From assembly GCA_018825365.1 (NCBI GenBank), contig JAHJEV010000003.1:317387-381386 (forward strand): a DNA stretch of 64,000 nt, read 5' to 3'. The stretch is from Patescibacteria group bacterium. Lineage in GTDB: Bacteria > Patescibacteriota > WWE3 > UBA101185 > UBA10185. Both the position numbers and the translations under genes were made by a program. The notes under the pieces were generated by a model, which had not been told where the DNA came from, searched no databases, and saw only the letters and a program-made list of their open reading frames with translations. Below are positions 23,601 through 33,212 of the stretch, piece by piece. How positions within the stretch are numbered: position 1 is the first letter of the stretch; the number at the start of each line of letters is the position of its first letter.

Positions 23601-24197
23601 ATGCCGCAAACAAAGAAAGAAACCACAAAAAAAGAGAAAAAGAAAGTAACAAAGAAGGTAAAAACTCCTATTAAAAAAGTTGTTAAAAAAGAAGTTAAGA
23701 AAAAACAACCCATAAAAGAGGTGGTTGTTGAGGAAGTAAAAGTAGAAACTCCTGTAGTTGAAGAGACAAAAGAGGAAGTAAAGAAAGTAAAACCATTAAA
23801 GAAAAACTTTATCGCTGGAAATGGAAGAAGAAAAACTGCAACAGCAAGAGTGTTTTTATGGGAAGAAAAAGGCGATTTCACGGTTAATGGTCTTAAGATC
23901 GAAAAGTATTTTCCATCCATAATAGATCAATCCAAATGGGTCAGACCGTTTCACATAATAGGTGTCTCTCATCCGGATTCAAAATATTCAGCAAGCATTA
24001 AGGTTTCGGGTTCCGGTAAACCATCTCAGATGGATGCCATTGTTTTGGCTATAGCTAAAGCATTGTGCAAAATAAATCCGGAATTTGATAAAGCCTTAAG
24101 AAAGCAAGGTTTATTAACTAGAGACTCAAGAATGGTTGAAAGAAAGAAACCATACCTTCACAAGGCAAGAAAAAGACCTCAGTACTCAAAAAGATAG
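23601..24197 (+). CDS. rpsI: 30S ribosomal protein S9 with a ~70-aa Lys/Glu/Val-rich N-terminal extension
   Basis: 198 aa; C-terminal S9 core ends ...KARKRPQYSKR; the N-terminal low-complexity KKEKKKVTKKVKTPIKK... extension is histone-H1-like. Confidence 0.9.
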   Translation: MPQTKKETTKKEKKKVTKKVKTPIKKVVKKEVKKKQPIKEVVVEEVKVETPVVEETKEEVKKVKPLKKNFIAGNGRRKTATARVFLWEEKGDFTVNGLKIEKYFPSIIDQSKWVRPFHIIGVSHPDSKYSASIKVSGSGKPSQMDAIVLAIAKALCKINPEFDKALRKQGLLTRDSRMVERKKPYLHKARKRPQYSKR

Positions 24198-24201
24198 TCT
24201 T

Positions 24202-24483
24202 TCACTTAAGAATTATATTTTCAAAATCTATCAATATGTCTTTGAGTTCCTGTATTTTCTTTCCCAGATCCAATACCCTACTTTGTTTTACACTCATAAA
24301 AGTAGCGTCATAAACTTGAGATATCTCTTCAAGAACCCTCAGGGGAGGAACGCATCTCCCTCTTTCGTAGGCACATATTGTTTTACCGGTTTTTCCAATT
24401 TTCTTACCAAACCTATCTTGAGACAGGTTTTTTTGTTCCCTTATACCCCTAATCCTTTTTCCAATGTCTACTGTATTACTCAT
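24202..24483 (-). CDS. XRE-family helix-turn-helix transcriptional regulator
   Basis: 93 aa; IRGIREQKNLSQDRFGKKIGKTGKTICAYERGRCVP is an HTH_3-like motif; divergent from radC. Confidence 0.6.
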   Translation of the reverse strand: MSNTVDIGKRIRGIREQKNLSQDRFGKKIGKTGKTICAYERGRCVPPLRVLEEISQVYDATFMSVKQSRVLDLGKKIQELKDILIDFENIILK

Positions 24484-24521
24484 ATTCTAAATTAAATAGA
24501 ACAACCTGCATTGCTCTTAAC

Positions 24522-25235
24522 TTGAAACTAACTAATATCATACTCAGCGAATATGATATGAAGATTAAAGATTTACAAAAAGAAGAAAAACCAAGAGAGA
24601 AGCTGGTAGATAAAGGTCCGGAGGCCCTCACTAATACCGAACTTCTATCAATAATTTTAAGGTCCGGGGGAGTAGATTGCACATCAACTGACTTAGCACG
24701 AAATTTAATAAATAAGTTTTCAGGTTTGGATAAGCTTGTTTACACAGATATTACTCAACTTATGGATATACCAAATATCGGAATTGCCAAGGCTACCGGA
24801 ATACTGGCGTTGGGTGAACTAGCAAAGAGACTGACCATAGAAAATAATATTAAAGGAAGTGTCATTAAAAAACCTCAGGACGTTTTTGATTCAGTAAAAA
24901 AGGAGTTTTCAGGAAAACAGGAAGAGCATCTTTATCTAATCTCCCTAGATAGAAAAAACAAAATTCTTTCAAAGGACTTGATCTCAAAAGGTACTTTAAC
25001 GGAGACTTTAATACACCCAAGAGAAATATTTAAAAAAGCGTTAACGAAAAACGCATCCTCGATAATTCTCGTGCACAATCATCCATCAGAAGAGTCTTGC
25101 CCCAGCCTTGAAGATGTTAAGGTGACAAAAAGAATTGCAAAAACAGGAATCGAAATAGGAATTCCATTAATGGACCATCTTGTAGTTACTAAAACCGAAT
25201 TTACCAGCATGAAAGCACAAAATCTACTTAATTAA
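24522..25235 (+). CDS. radC: RadC-like JAB/MPN domain protein (UPF0758)
   Basis: 237 aa; N-terminal HhH region and C-terminal JAMM motif HNHPSEESCPSLEDVKVTKR. Confidence 0.85.
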   Translation: MKLTNIILSEYDMKIKDLQKEEKPREKLVDKGPEALTNTELLSIILRSGGVDCTSTDLARNLINKFSGLDKLVYTDITQLMDIPNIGIAKATGILALGELAKRLTIENNIKGSVIKKPQDVFDSVKKEFSGKQEEHLYLISLDRKNKILSKDLISKGTLTETLIHPREIFKKALTKNASSIILVHNHPSEESCPSLEDVKVTKRIAKTGIEIGIPLMDHLVVTKTEFTSMKAQNLLN

Positions 25236-25247
25236 AAACGAAGGGAG

Positions 25248-25868
25248 GTGAAAAAAATGATTAAAAAAATACTCAGTAAAATTCTAAGAAACAAAGGGCT
25301 TCTCACATTGTATGGGTCCCTTATTATCTTCTCGGGCGTAGTTGTAGGAGTCACTTACGCAGCTTTTTCCGACAAGTCCAATGTTCTTGGGGCAACCTTT
25401 ACGGTAGGAAGTGCAGACCTAAAGTTTTTGAGTAATCTTGCAAACGAGACCGACCCCACCACCTATGTAGATGAGCTTCCAGGGCCAAATTTCCAAAACG
25501 TAAGTCCTATTTGGCAAGAAAACTACACACTCAAGCTAATAAACCGTGGGACCTCAAAGCTAGCCATAACGACCAACTCTGCTTATGAAACTGCAAAAGA
25601 TCCTAAAGATTTAAGAAGTGACATCCTAGTTGAGATAATAAAATGGAACGATCTTGATAAAGACGGGGAAATAGATTCTGGTGAAGAAACCCTAAGTTTA
25701 GGAAAGAAAACTATAATAAAATGGAAAACGGAGGGGTTTAGCCTAGGAGAATTAGAAGCCGGACAGATAATACCGATAATATTAAGATTCACTGCCCCCA
25801 CCTTAACAGATACACAACAAGGCGCAACCGGAATATTTGATTTTGAGTTTAAGTCGATACAAATGTAA
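25248..25868 (+). CDS. Secreted TasA/camelysin-like protein with a SipW-cognate class signal peptide
   Basis: 206 aa; N-terminal hydrophobic segment then VTYAAFSDKSNVLGATFTVGSADLKF, matching the SipW-cognate signal consensus (...TyAyFSDtE...NtFtaGtldL) seen in TasA/CalY-family proteins; immediately upstream of a SipW-type peptidase. Confidence 0.55.
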   Translation: MKKMIKKILSKILRNKGLLTLYGSLIIFSGVVVGVTYAAFSDKSNVLGATFTVGSADLKFLSNLANETDPTTYVDELPGPNFQNVSPIWQENYTLKLINRGTSKLAITTNSAYETAKDPKDLRSDILVEIIKWNDLDKDGEIDSGEETLSLGKKTIIKWKTEGFSLGELEAGQIIPIILRFTAPTLTDTQQGATGIFDFEFKSIQM

Positions 25869-25877
25869 TAAAGGTCA

Positions 25878-25907
25878 ACCTGCCCTCCCTGCCGGGCAGG
25901 TTTTGTT
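25878..25907 (+). terminator. Rho-independent terminator-like hairpin after the TasA-like gene
   Basis: cctgccctccctgccgggcagg (GC stem cctgccc/gggcagg) followed by TTTTGTT, ending 2 nt before the sipW ATG. Confidence 0.5.
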
Positions 25908-25909
25908 AA

Positions 25910-26356
25910 ATGAAATTTATCGTAGCAACATGTCTAATACTGATTTTGATCATTTCTATGTATAAATATAGGGTATTCACCGTAGTTTCGGGGTCAATGG
26001 AACCAATTATTAAAAATGGATCTCTCGTCATCGTTAAAAAAACTTCAACATACAAAACAAACGATTTAGTCACCTTTAAAAATATAGAAGGAACAGGCAC
26101 TGTGACTCATCGGATTGTAAAAATAGAACAATCACAAGGAAAATACCTAATATTCACAAAAGGAGACGGGAACGCAAATGTCGATCAAGTTGCAATAAAA
26201 CCGGAGGATATTATCGGCAAGGTTGTATTCACATTGCCTCTTGCCGGAAAGTTCTTCTTACTTGTTTCTTCACAAAAACTTTTACCTATAACTTTCTACA
26301 TTCCCGCAGGGCTTTTGTTTGGAACTTTACTTGGAAAACATAAACGAGACATTTAA
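25910..26356 (+). CDS. sipW: Signal peptidase I, SipW (archaeal/ER) type
   Basis: 148 aa; VVSGSMEPIIKNGSLVIV catalytic-Ser box in the SipW style; N-terminal and C-terminal TM segments. Confidence 0.7.
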   Translation: MKFIVATCLILILIISMYKYRVFTVVSGSMEPIIKNGSLVIVKKTSTYKTNDLVTFKNIEGTGTVTHRIVKIEQSQGKYLIFTKGDGNANVDQVAIKPEDIIGKVVFTLPLAGKFFLLVSSQKLLPITFYIPAGLLFGTLLGKHKRDI

Positions 26357-26409
26357 ATAAATAGGCGGTTTTTAAGGATACTAAGGGATTTTTAATATAT
26401 AATCACACC

Positions 26410-27414
26410 ATGGAAGAACAAAAAAATAGATTGGAACAGTTAAAAATAACTTTGCAGATTGACGAAAAAAGGAAACGAATATCTGAAATAAAAGAACAGC
26501 TTAAAGATGAAAAAACCTGGAGCAACTGGGAGGACGGGCAAGAGTTATCTAAAGAACTATCATCGCTCGAAAATGAGGCCGAAGATTACGGAATGCTTGA
26601 GCTTTATCTTGAAACCGGAGAACTTGATGAGTTTGATGAGGAAATAAAAAAACTTGAGTTCAAAACATACCTCTCAGGTAAACATGATAAGAAAAACGCA
26701 CTGGTATCTATTCATGCTGGACAGGGTGGTACCGAAGCAAATGATTGGTCAGAAATGCTTTTCAGAATGTACTTAAGATACGCAGAGAGAAAGGGTTGGA
26801 AATCCGAGGTAATTTCACAAACCCCCGGGGAAGAAGCAGGGATAAAAACAGGTGTAATCGAAATCTCAGGTGAATATGCTTATGGATTTTTGAAAATGGA
26901 GTCCGGAGTTCATAGATTGGTAAGGCTGTCCCCTTATAATGCTGATCAACTAAGACAGACTTCTTTTGCTTTGATAGAGGTAATTCCGGAAATTGAAGAA
27001 AACGACATGAATATTGTAGTTAAAGAAGAAGATGTAGAATGGGAATTTTTCAGATCCGGGGGCAAGGGTGGACAAAACGTAAATAAAGTATCAACCGCGG
27101 TTAGATTAAAACACAAACCTTCTGGAATTATCGTTGAATGCCAAGAAGAAAGATATCAAGGTAAAAACAGAGAGAAAGCCTTGAAAATTTTGAGATCAAA
27201 ATTAGCCCTAATTGAAGAAGCAAAAGCTGACGCTGAAAAGAAAAAACTAAAGGGGGAATACAAAACCCCCGGCTGGGGGAACCAAATAAGAAACTATATT
27301 TTACACCCGTATAAATTAGTCAAAGATTTAAGAACAGATGTGGAAAGTGCAAATCCAGAGGTGGTATTAGACGGAGATTTAGACAAATTTGTTGAAGCTG
27401 AAATCAAACTTTAA
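26410..27414 (+). CDS. prfB: Peptide chain release factor 2
   Basis: 334 aa; SPY (an SPF-like tripeptide) and the GGQ motif ([19 protein letters not shown]); overall alignment recalls RF2 more than RF1; no in-frame TGA or programmed frameshift is apparent. Confidence 0.8.
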   Translation: MEEQKNRLEQLKITLQIDEKRKRISEIKEQLKDEKTWSNWEDGQELSKELSSLENEAEDYGMLELYLETGELDEFDEEIKKLEFKTYLSGKHDKKNALVSIHAGQGGTEANDWSEMLFRMYLRYAERKGWKSEVISQTPGEEAGIKTGVIEISGEYAYGFLKMESGVHRLVRLSPYNADQLRQTSFALIEVIPEIEENDMNIVVKEEDVEWEFFRSGGKGGQNVNKVSTAVRLKHKPSGIIVECQEERYQGKNREKALKILRSKLALIEEAKADAEKKKLKGEYKTPGWGNQIRNYILHPYKLVKDLRTDVESANPEVVLDGDLDKFVEAEIKL

Positions 27415-27416
27415 AT

Positions 27417-29726
27417 CTAAGATGGATTGTTTTTCTGAGGAAAATTCTCACCAGTAAAATCTTCGGGATCAAAATCCAAATCCGAATCAAAACCATCGCT
27501 CATAGGTTTAGCCTGAAAATCGTTTTGAAGTACTTCCCTTCCCCTACTTCCAGTAACCTCCGCTCCTATCAACCCATTTTCTTCCATCATATCAATGATC
27601 CTAGCTGCTCTGTTATAACCTATCGCAAGTTTTCTCTGAAGAAGCGACGCGGAAGCTTTTCCCGCTGATTTAACAATATCAAGCGCCTTTTCATACAACT
27701 CATCACCCTCCCTGTCTACACCACCCCCACCCTTTTTCATAGAATCAGTTGGTGTGGCTAAAACTTCTTCTCTATAATCAGGTTCTATTCCCTGAGACTT
27801 TAAAAACTCAACTAAATCACTGGTCTCTTTTTCGGATATGTATGCCCCCTGAAGCCTTATTGGCTTCATAACCTCCGGGGGTACGAAAAGCATGTCTCCC
27901 CTACCAAGAAGCTTTTCAGCCCCGGGTTGGTCAATAATAACTCTTGAGTCTATTTGGCTTAGAACTTGGAAGGCTATTCTGCAGGGAATGTTGGCTTTTA
28001 TTAGACCTGTAATAATATCGGTAGATGGTCTTTGAACTGCTAAAACAAGATGGATACCAGTTGCCCTTGCAAGCTGGGCAATTCTAATAATGCTTTTCTC
28101 AATTCCGGCAGGATCCCTTATCATGATATCTCCGAGCTCATCAACAACTAAAACAATGTAAGGCATCACCTGAATACCTGACTTCTCGTTATAAGACTCA
28201 ATATTTTTCACTCTTGCTTGCTCAAACAGCTTGTATCTTTTTTCCATTTCATCAACCAACCATCTAAAAACCGACGGGGCTTTATCCATATCGGTAACTA
28301 CGGGAGTGAGAAGGTGTGGTATTCCTTCGTAGTGTATTAGCTCAACTCTTTTTGGATCTACCAAAATAAACTTCACCTCCTGCGGAGTTGCTCTAAATAA
28401 AATTGAGAACAAAAGATTATGAATAAATATTGATTTACCAGAACCAGTAGTTCCGGCAATCAAAAGGTGTGGCATTTTTCCAATGTCACAAGTCAAAACT
28501 CTTCCGGCCACATCTTCTCCAAGAACCACCCCCAACTTTGATTTGAGATTTTTCATGGCATCTGTGTTTATCAACGATTTGAAATAAACTAGAGTCCGTT
28601 TGGTGTTTGGAACCTCAATTCCAATTAGAGATTTTCCTGGTATTGGGGCCTCGATTCTGACTGAGCCTGTGGGAGAGGCTAAGGCCAAAGCAAGATTCCC
28701 CTGGAGATTTGAAATTTTTGAAATATTCGTAACCGATTTTGGCTTTACCGCGTATTGTGTAACGGAGGAACCGACTTTAACATTCTCCGGATCTATATCA
28801 ACGTCGACACCAAAATCTTTTAGTGTATCCTTAATGATTTTTACTCTTTTCTCGGCTTCAGATGTATCCAACACCCTCACTGGTGGATCAGCAAGCAAGG
28901 AATTTGACGGGTAATCCCAGATTCTATCGGAAGGTATTCTTGATAATTGAATGGGAGACGCTAAAACCAAAGAATCCACAGTATTATTAGAAACACTGTG
29001 CTGAGGTTCGGACATAGATTGAATAACTTCAAAAAGTGGGGCTTGTTCTGGCTCCCCGTCCTTTCTTTCCTTGTCTGTCTTTTCTTCTTCCTCAAAACCA
29101 CCAACAGAACCAACATTCACTTCAACTTCATTTTCAGAAAATCCTTCTCTTTTCCTAAAGTGGAACATAAAACTAACCTTTGAAAAGAAATTTGAAATTT
29201 TTTCATTCTCTTTAAAAAACTTTATAACACTCTCAAATGAAATGTTTGAAATTAAAATTACCGCGGTAAGAAATATACAAATCAAAACAAACACCCCGCC
29301 GGTCTTACTTAAGCCCCCAACCAGAAGGCTAGATACTTTATAACCCAAAAGTCCCCCTCCCCCACCGGATTTTGCTAAAGATAGCCCTTCATTTAATGGT
29401 ATAAAAACATGAGAAAGTCCCGAAAGGGCAATCGTGCAAAGAAAAATACCCAAAAGTATTCTAAATTCCTTGATTTTCGGGCTTAGTTTATCAGCAAAAA
29501 TTATTCCAAAATCACCTAATAGGAAAGGAATAAAAAGTGCGGCCTTACCAAAAACAAGCTTCAGGAATCCTTGGATTCTAGCGTTTGCTGGGTAAGAGGG
29601 AGCAAAAAATGAAACCAGACCTATTATTGCAGCTGTAATAAAAACGATGGAAATAATTGACCTTGTTATATCTGGTCTGAGGTTACATCGAATCTTAAAT
29701 TTTCTACGTCTTCCTCTTCTGGACAT
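27417..29726 (-). CDS. ftsK: DNA translocase FtsK/SpoIIIE
   Basis: 769 aa; N-terminal TM helices, linker, motor domain with Walker A GTTGSGKS, C-terminal gamma winged-helix (LLQRKLAIGYNRAARIIDMMEENGLI). Confidence 0.9.
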   Translation of the reverse strand: MSRRGRRRKFKIRCNLRPDITRSIISIVFITAAIIGLVSFFAPSYPANARIQGFLKLVFGKAALFIPFLLGDFGIIFADKLSPKIKEFRILLGIFLCTIALSGLSHVFIPLNEGLSLAKSGGGGGLLGYKVSSLLVGGLSKTGGVFVLICIFLTAVILISNISFESVIKFFKENEKISNFFSKVSFMFHFRKREGFSENEVEVNVGSVGGFEEEEKTDKERKDGEPEQAPLFEVIQSMSEPQHSVSNNTVDSLVLASPIQLSRIPSDRIWDYPSNSLLADPPVRVLDTSEAEKRVKIIKDTLKDFGVDVDIDPENVKVGSSVTQYAVKPKSVTNISKISNLQGNLALALASPTGSVRIEAPIPGKSLIGIEVPNTKRTLVYFKSLINTDAMKNLKSKLGVVLGEDVAGRVLTCDIGKMPHLLIAGTTGSGKSIFIHNLLFSILFRATPQEVKFILVDPKRVELIHYEGIPHLLTPVVTDMDKAPSVFRWLVDEMEKRYKLFEQARVKNIESYNEKSGIQVMPYIVLVVDELGDIMIRDPAGIEKSIIRIAQLARATGIHLVLAVQRPSTDIITGLIKANIPCRIAFQVLSQIDSRVIIDQPGAEKLLGRGDMLFVPPEVMKPIRLQGAYISEKETSDLVEFLKSQGIEPDYREEVLATPTDSMKKGGGGVDREGDELYEKALDIVKSAGKASASLLQRKLAIGYNRAARIIDMMEENGLIGAEVTGSRGREVLQNDFQAKPMSDGFDSDLDFDPEDFTGENFPQKNNPS

Positions 29727-29776
29727 TAAGACTATAATATCACGAAAATATTAGGGTTTCAAAGGGAAAGAACAAC

Positions 29777-31501
29777 CTATATTGTAATAAAATGAACGAT
29801 AATCATCGGTTGCATCGATGTTTCTTTCCTCAGATAGTTTCCTATTTCGTTTTCCAGCTTCTTTTTTATGTTGGTGATATTCTGTTTACCAGAATTGAGC
29901 TTGCCCAATCTTTTTCCAATAAACTTTTTCGATTTGTTCATTAAATCCTGGGAATCCTTAACATATATGAATCCGCGGGTTATAATTTCAACCCTATCTA
30001 GCATGGGCTGATTCTTTCTCGATACAGGAATTGCAACCACAAAAACCCCCTCTGAGCAAAGCTGATTTCTATCTCTCACGACCACCGGATTTAGTTCCTC
30101 CAACTTATTACTACCCATATAAATCGGTTTTGTCTGAACATGGTCTCCCTTAGTGGCTTTATTAAATAAAAAATTGACCGAATCTCCCTCCAAACACTCA
30201 AAGACTCTATCTTTTGCAATCCCAATGAAATTTAAGACATTGGTGTAGGCTCTCATTTTCGTAATACTTCCTCCAATCGGGATAAAATACTTGGCGTTAA
30301 CCATTTTAGTTAGCTTTTCGATATCTCCCTTAACGGCATGTCCCGATACATGTAAGTTCTCTTGGATTTCTCCATAGATAACGTTAGCTCCTTTCAGAGT
30401 AAGTGCGTCCATAACCTTTTCTACCATTATGTCTGCCCCGGGAGGGTTTGGATCTCCCGAAAAAATCACGATAGCATCTTTTTCTAACGTAATACTCTCG
30501 TGCTCCCCCCTACTTAACCTGCTAAGAGAGGATCCCGACTGTCCGTAACAACCGGCTATCAAATATACAAGTTCGCCCTGATCGTATTTTTGGCATTCCT
30601 GTTCTTTAATAAAGAAATCGTCGGGGAAGGGAAGATACCCCAACCTTCTTGCTACATCAACCATCTGCTCTACAGACCTACCACTTGCTACCAACTTTCT
30701 TCCAAGTTTCTGGGCCGCATTCATAATCTGGTACATTCTGGAAATATTTGATGACATTGTCGTGACAAAAATTTGCTTTTTTCCCGCTCTGTCAAAAAGT
30801 TTAATAAATGTATCGTTTAGGGTACTTTCTGATTTTGTATGACCCTCGGATGTGATACCGAGACAATCAGACAAAAGGCACAAAACCCCTTCCTTTCCAT
30901 ATCTTTCTATCGAAGAAACATCGGCGGGTTTATCTAAAACCGGCGTCGCATCAAATTTGTAATCTGAAATATGAAGTATCAATCCTTCTGGAGATCTTAT
31001 GGCAAAACCCATTGTTTCGGGTATTGAATGGTTCATTCTAAAAGCAGAAACTTTAAATTTTCCAAGATCCACAGTCCCAGTTGTCGGGTCCATTAGATGA
31101 TAATGAAAATTCTTACCTAACTCTTTTAACGCACCATCATTAAGTTTTACTTTCAAAAACTCACCAACAAGCTTACTTGCATATACTTGGATATCGGGAA
31201 GCTCAAGAAGAAGATTTGGCACAGCTCCAACATGATCTTCATGTCCGTGAGTTATAAAAAGTCCCTTTATTTTATGTCTATTCTCAATAAGATAAGTGAA
31301 ATCCGGGATCAAAACATCAACACCGGGCATATCAAAAATATCTGGAAACCCTATACCACAATCCACAATTATAATATCCTCGCCATACTCATAAACAGTA
31401 AGGTTTTTGGTAACTTTTTCAGTTCCGCCAAGAGTAATTATTCTCAAGGCAGTTCTTTCTGCATACGCTTTCTGTGGTTTTTTAGTGTTGTAAAACTGCA
31501 C
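29777..31501 (-). CDS. rnj: Ribonuclease J (metallo-beta-lactamase/beta-CASP RNase)
   Basis: 574 aa; HGHEDHVGA motif; beta-CASP region and C-terminal domain. Confidence 0.85.
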   Translation of the reverse strand: MQFYNTKKPQKAYAERTALRIITLGGTEKVTKNLTVYEYGEDIIIVDCGIGFPDIFDMPGVDVLIPDFTYLIENRHKIKGLFITHGHEDHVGAVPNLLLELPDIQVYASKLVGEFLKVKLNDGALKELGKNFHYHLMDPTTGTVDLGKFKVSAFRMNHSIPETMGFAIRSPEGLILHISDYKFDATPVLDKPADVSSIERYGKEGVLCLLSDCLGITSEGHTKSESTLNDTFIKLFDRAGKKQIFVTTMSSNISRMYQIMNAAQKLGRKLVASGRSVEQMVDVARRLGYLPFPDDFFIKEQECQKYDQGELVYLIAGCYGQSGSSLSRLSRGEHESITLEKDAIVIFSGDPNPPGADIMVEKVMDALTLKGANVIYGEIQENLHVSGHAVKGDIEKLTKMVNAKYFIPIGGSITKMRAYTNVLNFIGIAKDRVFECLEGDSVNFLFNKATKGDHVQTKPIYMGSNKLEELNPVVVRDRNQLCSEGVFVVAIPVSRKNQPMLDRVEIITRGFIYVKDSQDLMNKSKKFIGKRLGKLNSGKQNITNIKKKLENEIGNYLRKETSMQPMIIVHFITI

Positions 31502-31511
31502 GGATTAAATT

Positions 31512-32147
31512 CTACAGACCCAAGTTCAGTTGTCCATCGAAATCCTGACCTGAGATCTGCGGTAGCTTTACTCCCAACTCCAATATTTCTTCTGCTTTCT
31601 TCAGAACTTCTGGAATTCTTTTGAAGTCGACTCTCAAGTCATTCATCATCGAGTTTCCCCTCAACGCTGCGGCAGGATGGTAAACCGGATAAATTAAGAA
31701 GTCCGCCGCCCTTATTAAGTTCCCCCTATCTCTGGAAATTTTTCCGTCCCGATAAAAATAGTTCATAGCAAATCTTCCCAGTGTGACAACTAAAACGGGA
31801 TGTATGGTTTTTAATTGGAGTTCCAAAAAAGGCTTGCACGTCGCAATTTCATCAGGCAACGGATCTCTATTTTCCGGAGGCCTGTGTTTGACAATATTTC
31901 CGATCCAGACATCTTCTCTTTTGTATCCTATCTCTTTAAGAAAGGTTTCCAAAAGTTTCCCCGCCCGTCCAACAAATGGTCTTCCAGTAACATCTTCGTT
32001 AAAACCAGGAGCCTCACCAATAAAAACCATTTTTGAATTAATATTACCCTCGCCCGGAACAGCATTAGTCGCCGACCGGCAAAGTCTACACTTCTTACAA
32101 TCCTTGATATTCTTAGTGATTTCTTCGAGTAATTTCTCTTTTTCCAT
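31512..32147 (-). CDS. Uracil-DNA glycosylase, family 4 (Fe-S type)
   Basis: 211 aa; CKKCRLC cysteines and GEAPGFNEDVTGRPFVGRAGKLL motif typical of family-4 UDGs. Confidence 0.8.
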   Translation of the reverse strand: MEKEKLLEEITKNIKDCKKCRLCRSATNAVPGEGNINSKMVFIGEAPGFNEDVTGRPFVGRAGKLLETFLKEIGYKREDVWIGNIVKHRPPENRDPLPDEIATCKPFLELQLKTIHPVLVVTLGRFAMNYFYRDGKISRDRGNLIRAADFLIYPVYHPAAALRGNSMMNDLRVDFKRIPEVLKKAEEILELGVKLPQISGQDFDGQLNLGL

Positions 32148-32150
32148 AAG

Positions 32151-33212
32151 TTACTGGGGCAGGTAGTATTTTAAATTATCTGCGTTGATAGTTACTTTTT
32201 CAGACTTTCCTTCAACAATCTCCTTTGCAACTTTCCTACAAATTGCCTCCAGTGTTCTTCCAAGGCTTCTGATTCCTGAATCATACCCAAAAGGTCTTAC
32301 TATACCCGACCATAAATCCGGATCTATTTCAAGTTCTTCCGGTTTTAAGCCAGCGTTTTCCCGAATCTTAGGAAAAAGGTAGTCTCTTGAAATAACAAGT
32401 TTCTCAACATCGCTGTATGAAGGCATTTTTATTACCTCCATCCTATCCATAAGCGCGGTCGATAAAGTTCCGGTATTGTTTGCTGAACAGATGAACATTA
32501 CATCTGAAAGATTTATAGGGTAATCAACATAGTGATCTCTAAATGCTACGTTTTGTTTGGGGTCCAAAAGCTCAAGAAGTACTGCCATAATATCCATTCT
32601 CAATCCCTGCTCCCCGCTTGCTTTATCTACCTCATCCAAAAGGATAACCGGATTTTTAACCCCCGTTTTTATCAGCGCCTTAATAATCTGTCCGGGTTCT
32701 GCTTCCGGAAATGCTTTGCTTTTCCCCCTTAATTCCAGAGTAGAGCCAATTCCACCCATAGAAATTCTTTCAAACTTCCTGCCTAAAGTATCGGCAATAG
32801 AATAAGCCAACGTAGTTTTACCAACACCCTGCAGACCTACAAGAAGAATGACCGGAGATCTGGCTATGGCATCCTTGCCTCTTTTTTTAAGTAAAATTAC
32901 TGTGGAAAGGTATTCCAAAATCCTATCCTTCGCATATTGCATCCCGTAGTGGTTTTTCTCCAAGGACTCCTTTGCATATACCAAATCCAACCTATCTTTA
33001 GTCTCAGCAACCCAAGGAATTGAGGTAACAACCTCTATGTATCTGGCAAGGGTATCGAACTCAGTTGCGTAGTGACCAATATTGGCCATTCTGTTGAGCC
33101 TTTCGATCATCTCAACCAGTCTTTCTTTAAGATCCTCGGGAAGACCTTTAGTAGACTCCACTTTTTTATCAAGTGTCTTTAATTCTTCAAATAAATAATC
33201 TTTTGTCGCCAT
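32151..33212 (-). CDS. Stand-alone Lon-like AAA+ ATPase module with no LON N-domain and no S16 protease domain
   Basis: 353 aa; Walker A LLVGLQGVGKTTL, Walker B ILLDEVDKA, and extended colinear similarity to the Lon ATPase region (LELLDPKQNVAFRDHYVDYPINLSDVMFICSANN...LMDRMEVIKMPSYSDVEKL; GIRSLGRTLEAICRKVA). The ORF stops directly before the UDG gene, leaving no room for a protease domain. Confidence 0.75.
   Translation of the reverse strand: MATKDYLFEELKTLDKKVESTKGLPEDLKERLVEMIERLNRMANIGHYATEFDTLARYIEVVTSIPWVAETKDRLDLVYAKESLEKNHYGMQYAKDRILEYLSTVILLKKRGKDAIARSPVILLVGLQGVGKTTLAYSIADTLGRKFERISMGGIGSTLELRGKSKAFPEAEPGQIIKALIKTGVKNPVILLDEVDKASGEQGLRMDIMAVLLELLDPKQNVAFRDHYVDYPINLSDVMFICSANNTGTLSTALMDRMEVIKMPSYSDVEKLVISRDYLFPKIRENAGLKPEELEIDPDLWSGIVRPFGYDSGIRSLGRTLEAICRKVAKEIVEGKSEKVTINADNLKYYLPQ

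Noticed and set aside
26357-26470. Programmed +1 frameshift site at the start of prfB (RF2)
   Set aside because: The ORF reads through from the ATG at 26410 with an N-terminus aligning to RF2 without interruption. No short upstream in-frame ORF ending in a CTT TGA-type shift site was seen, and many bacteria lack the frameshift.
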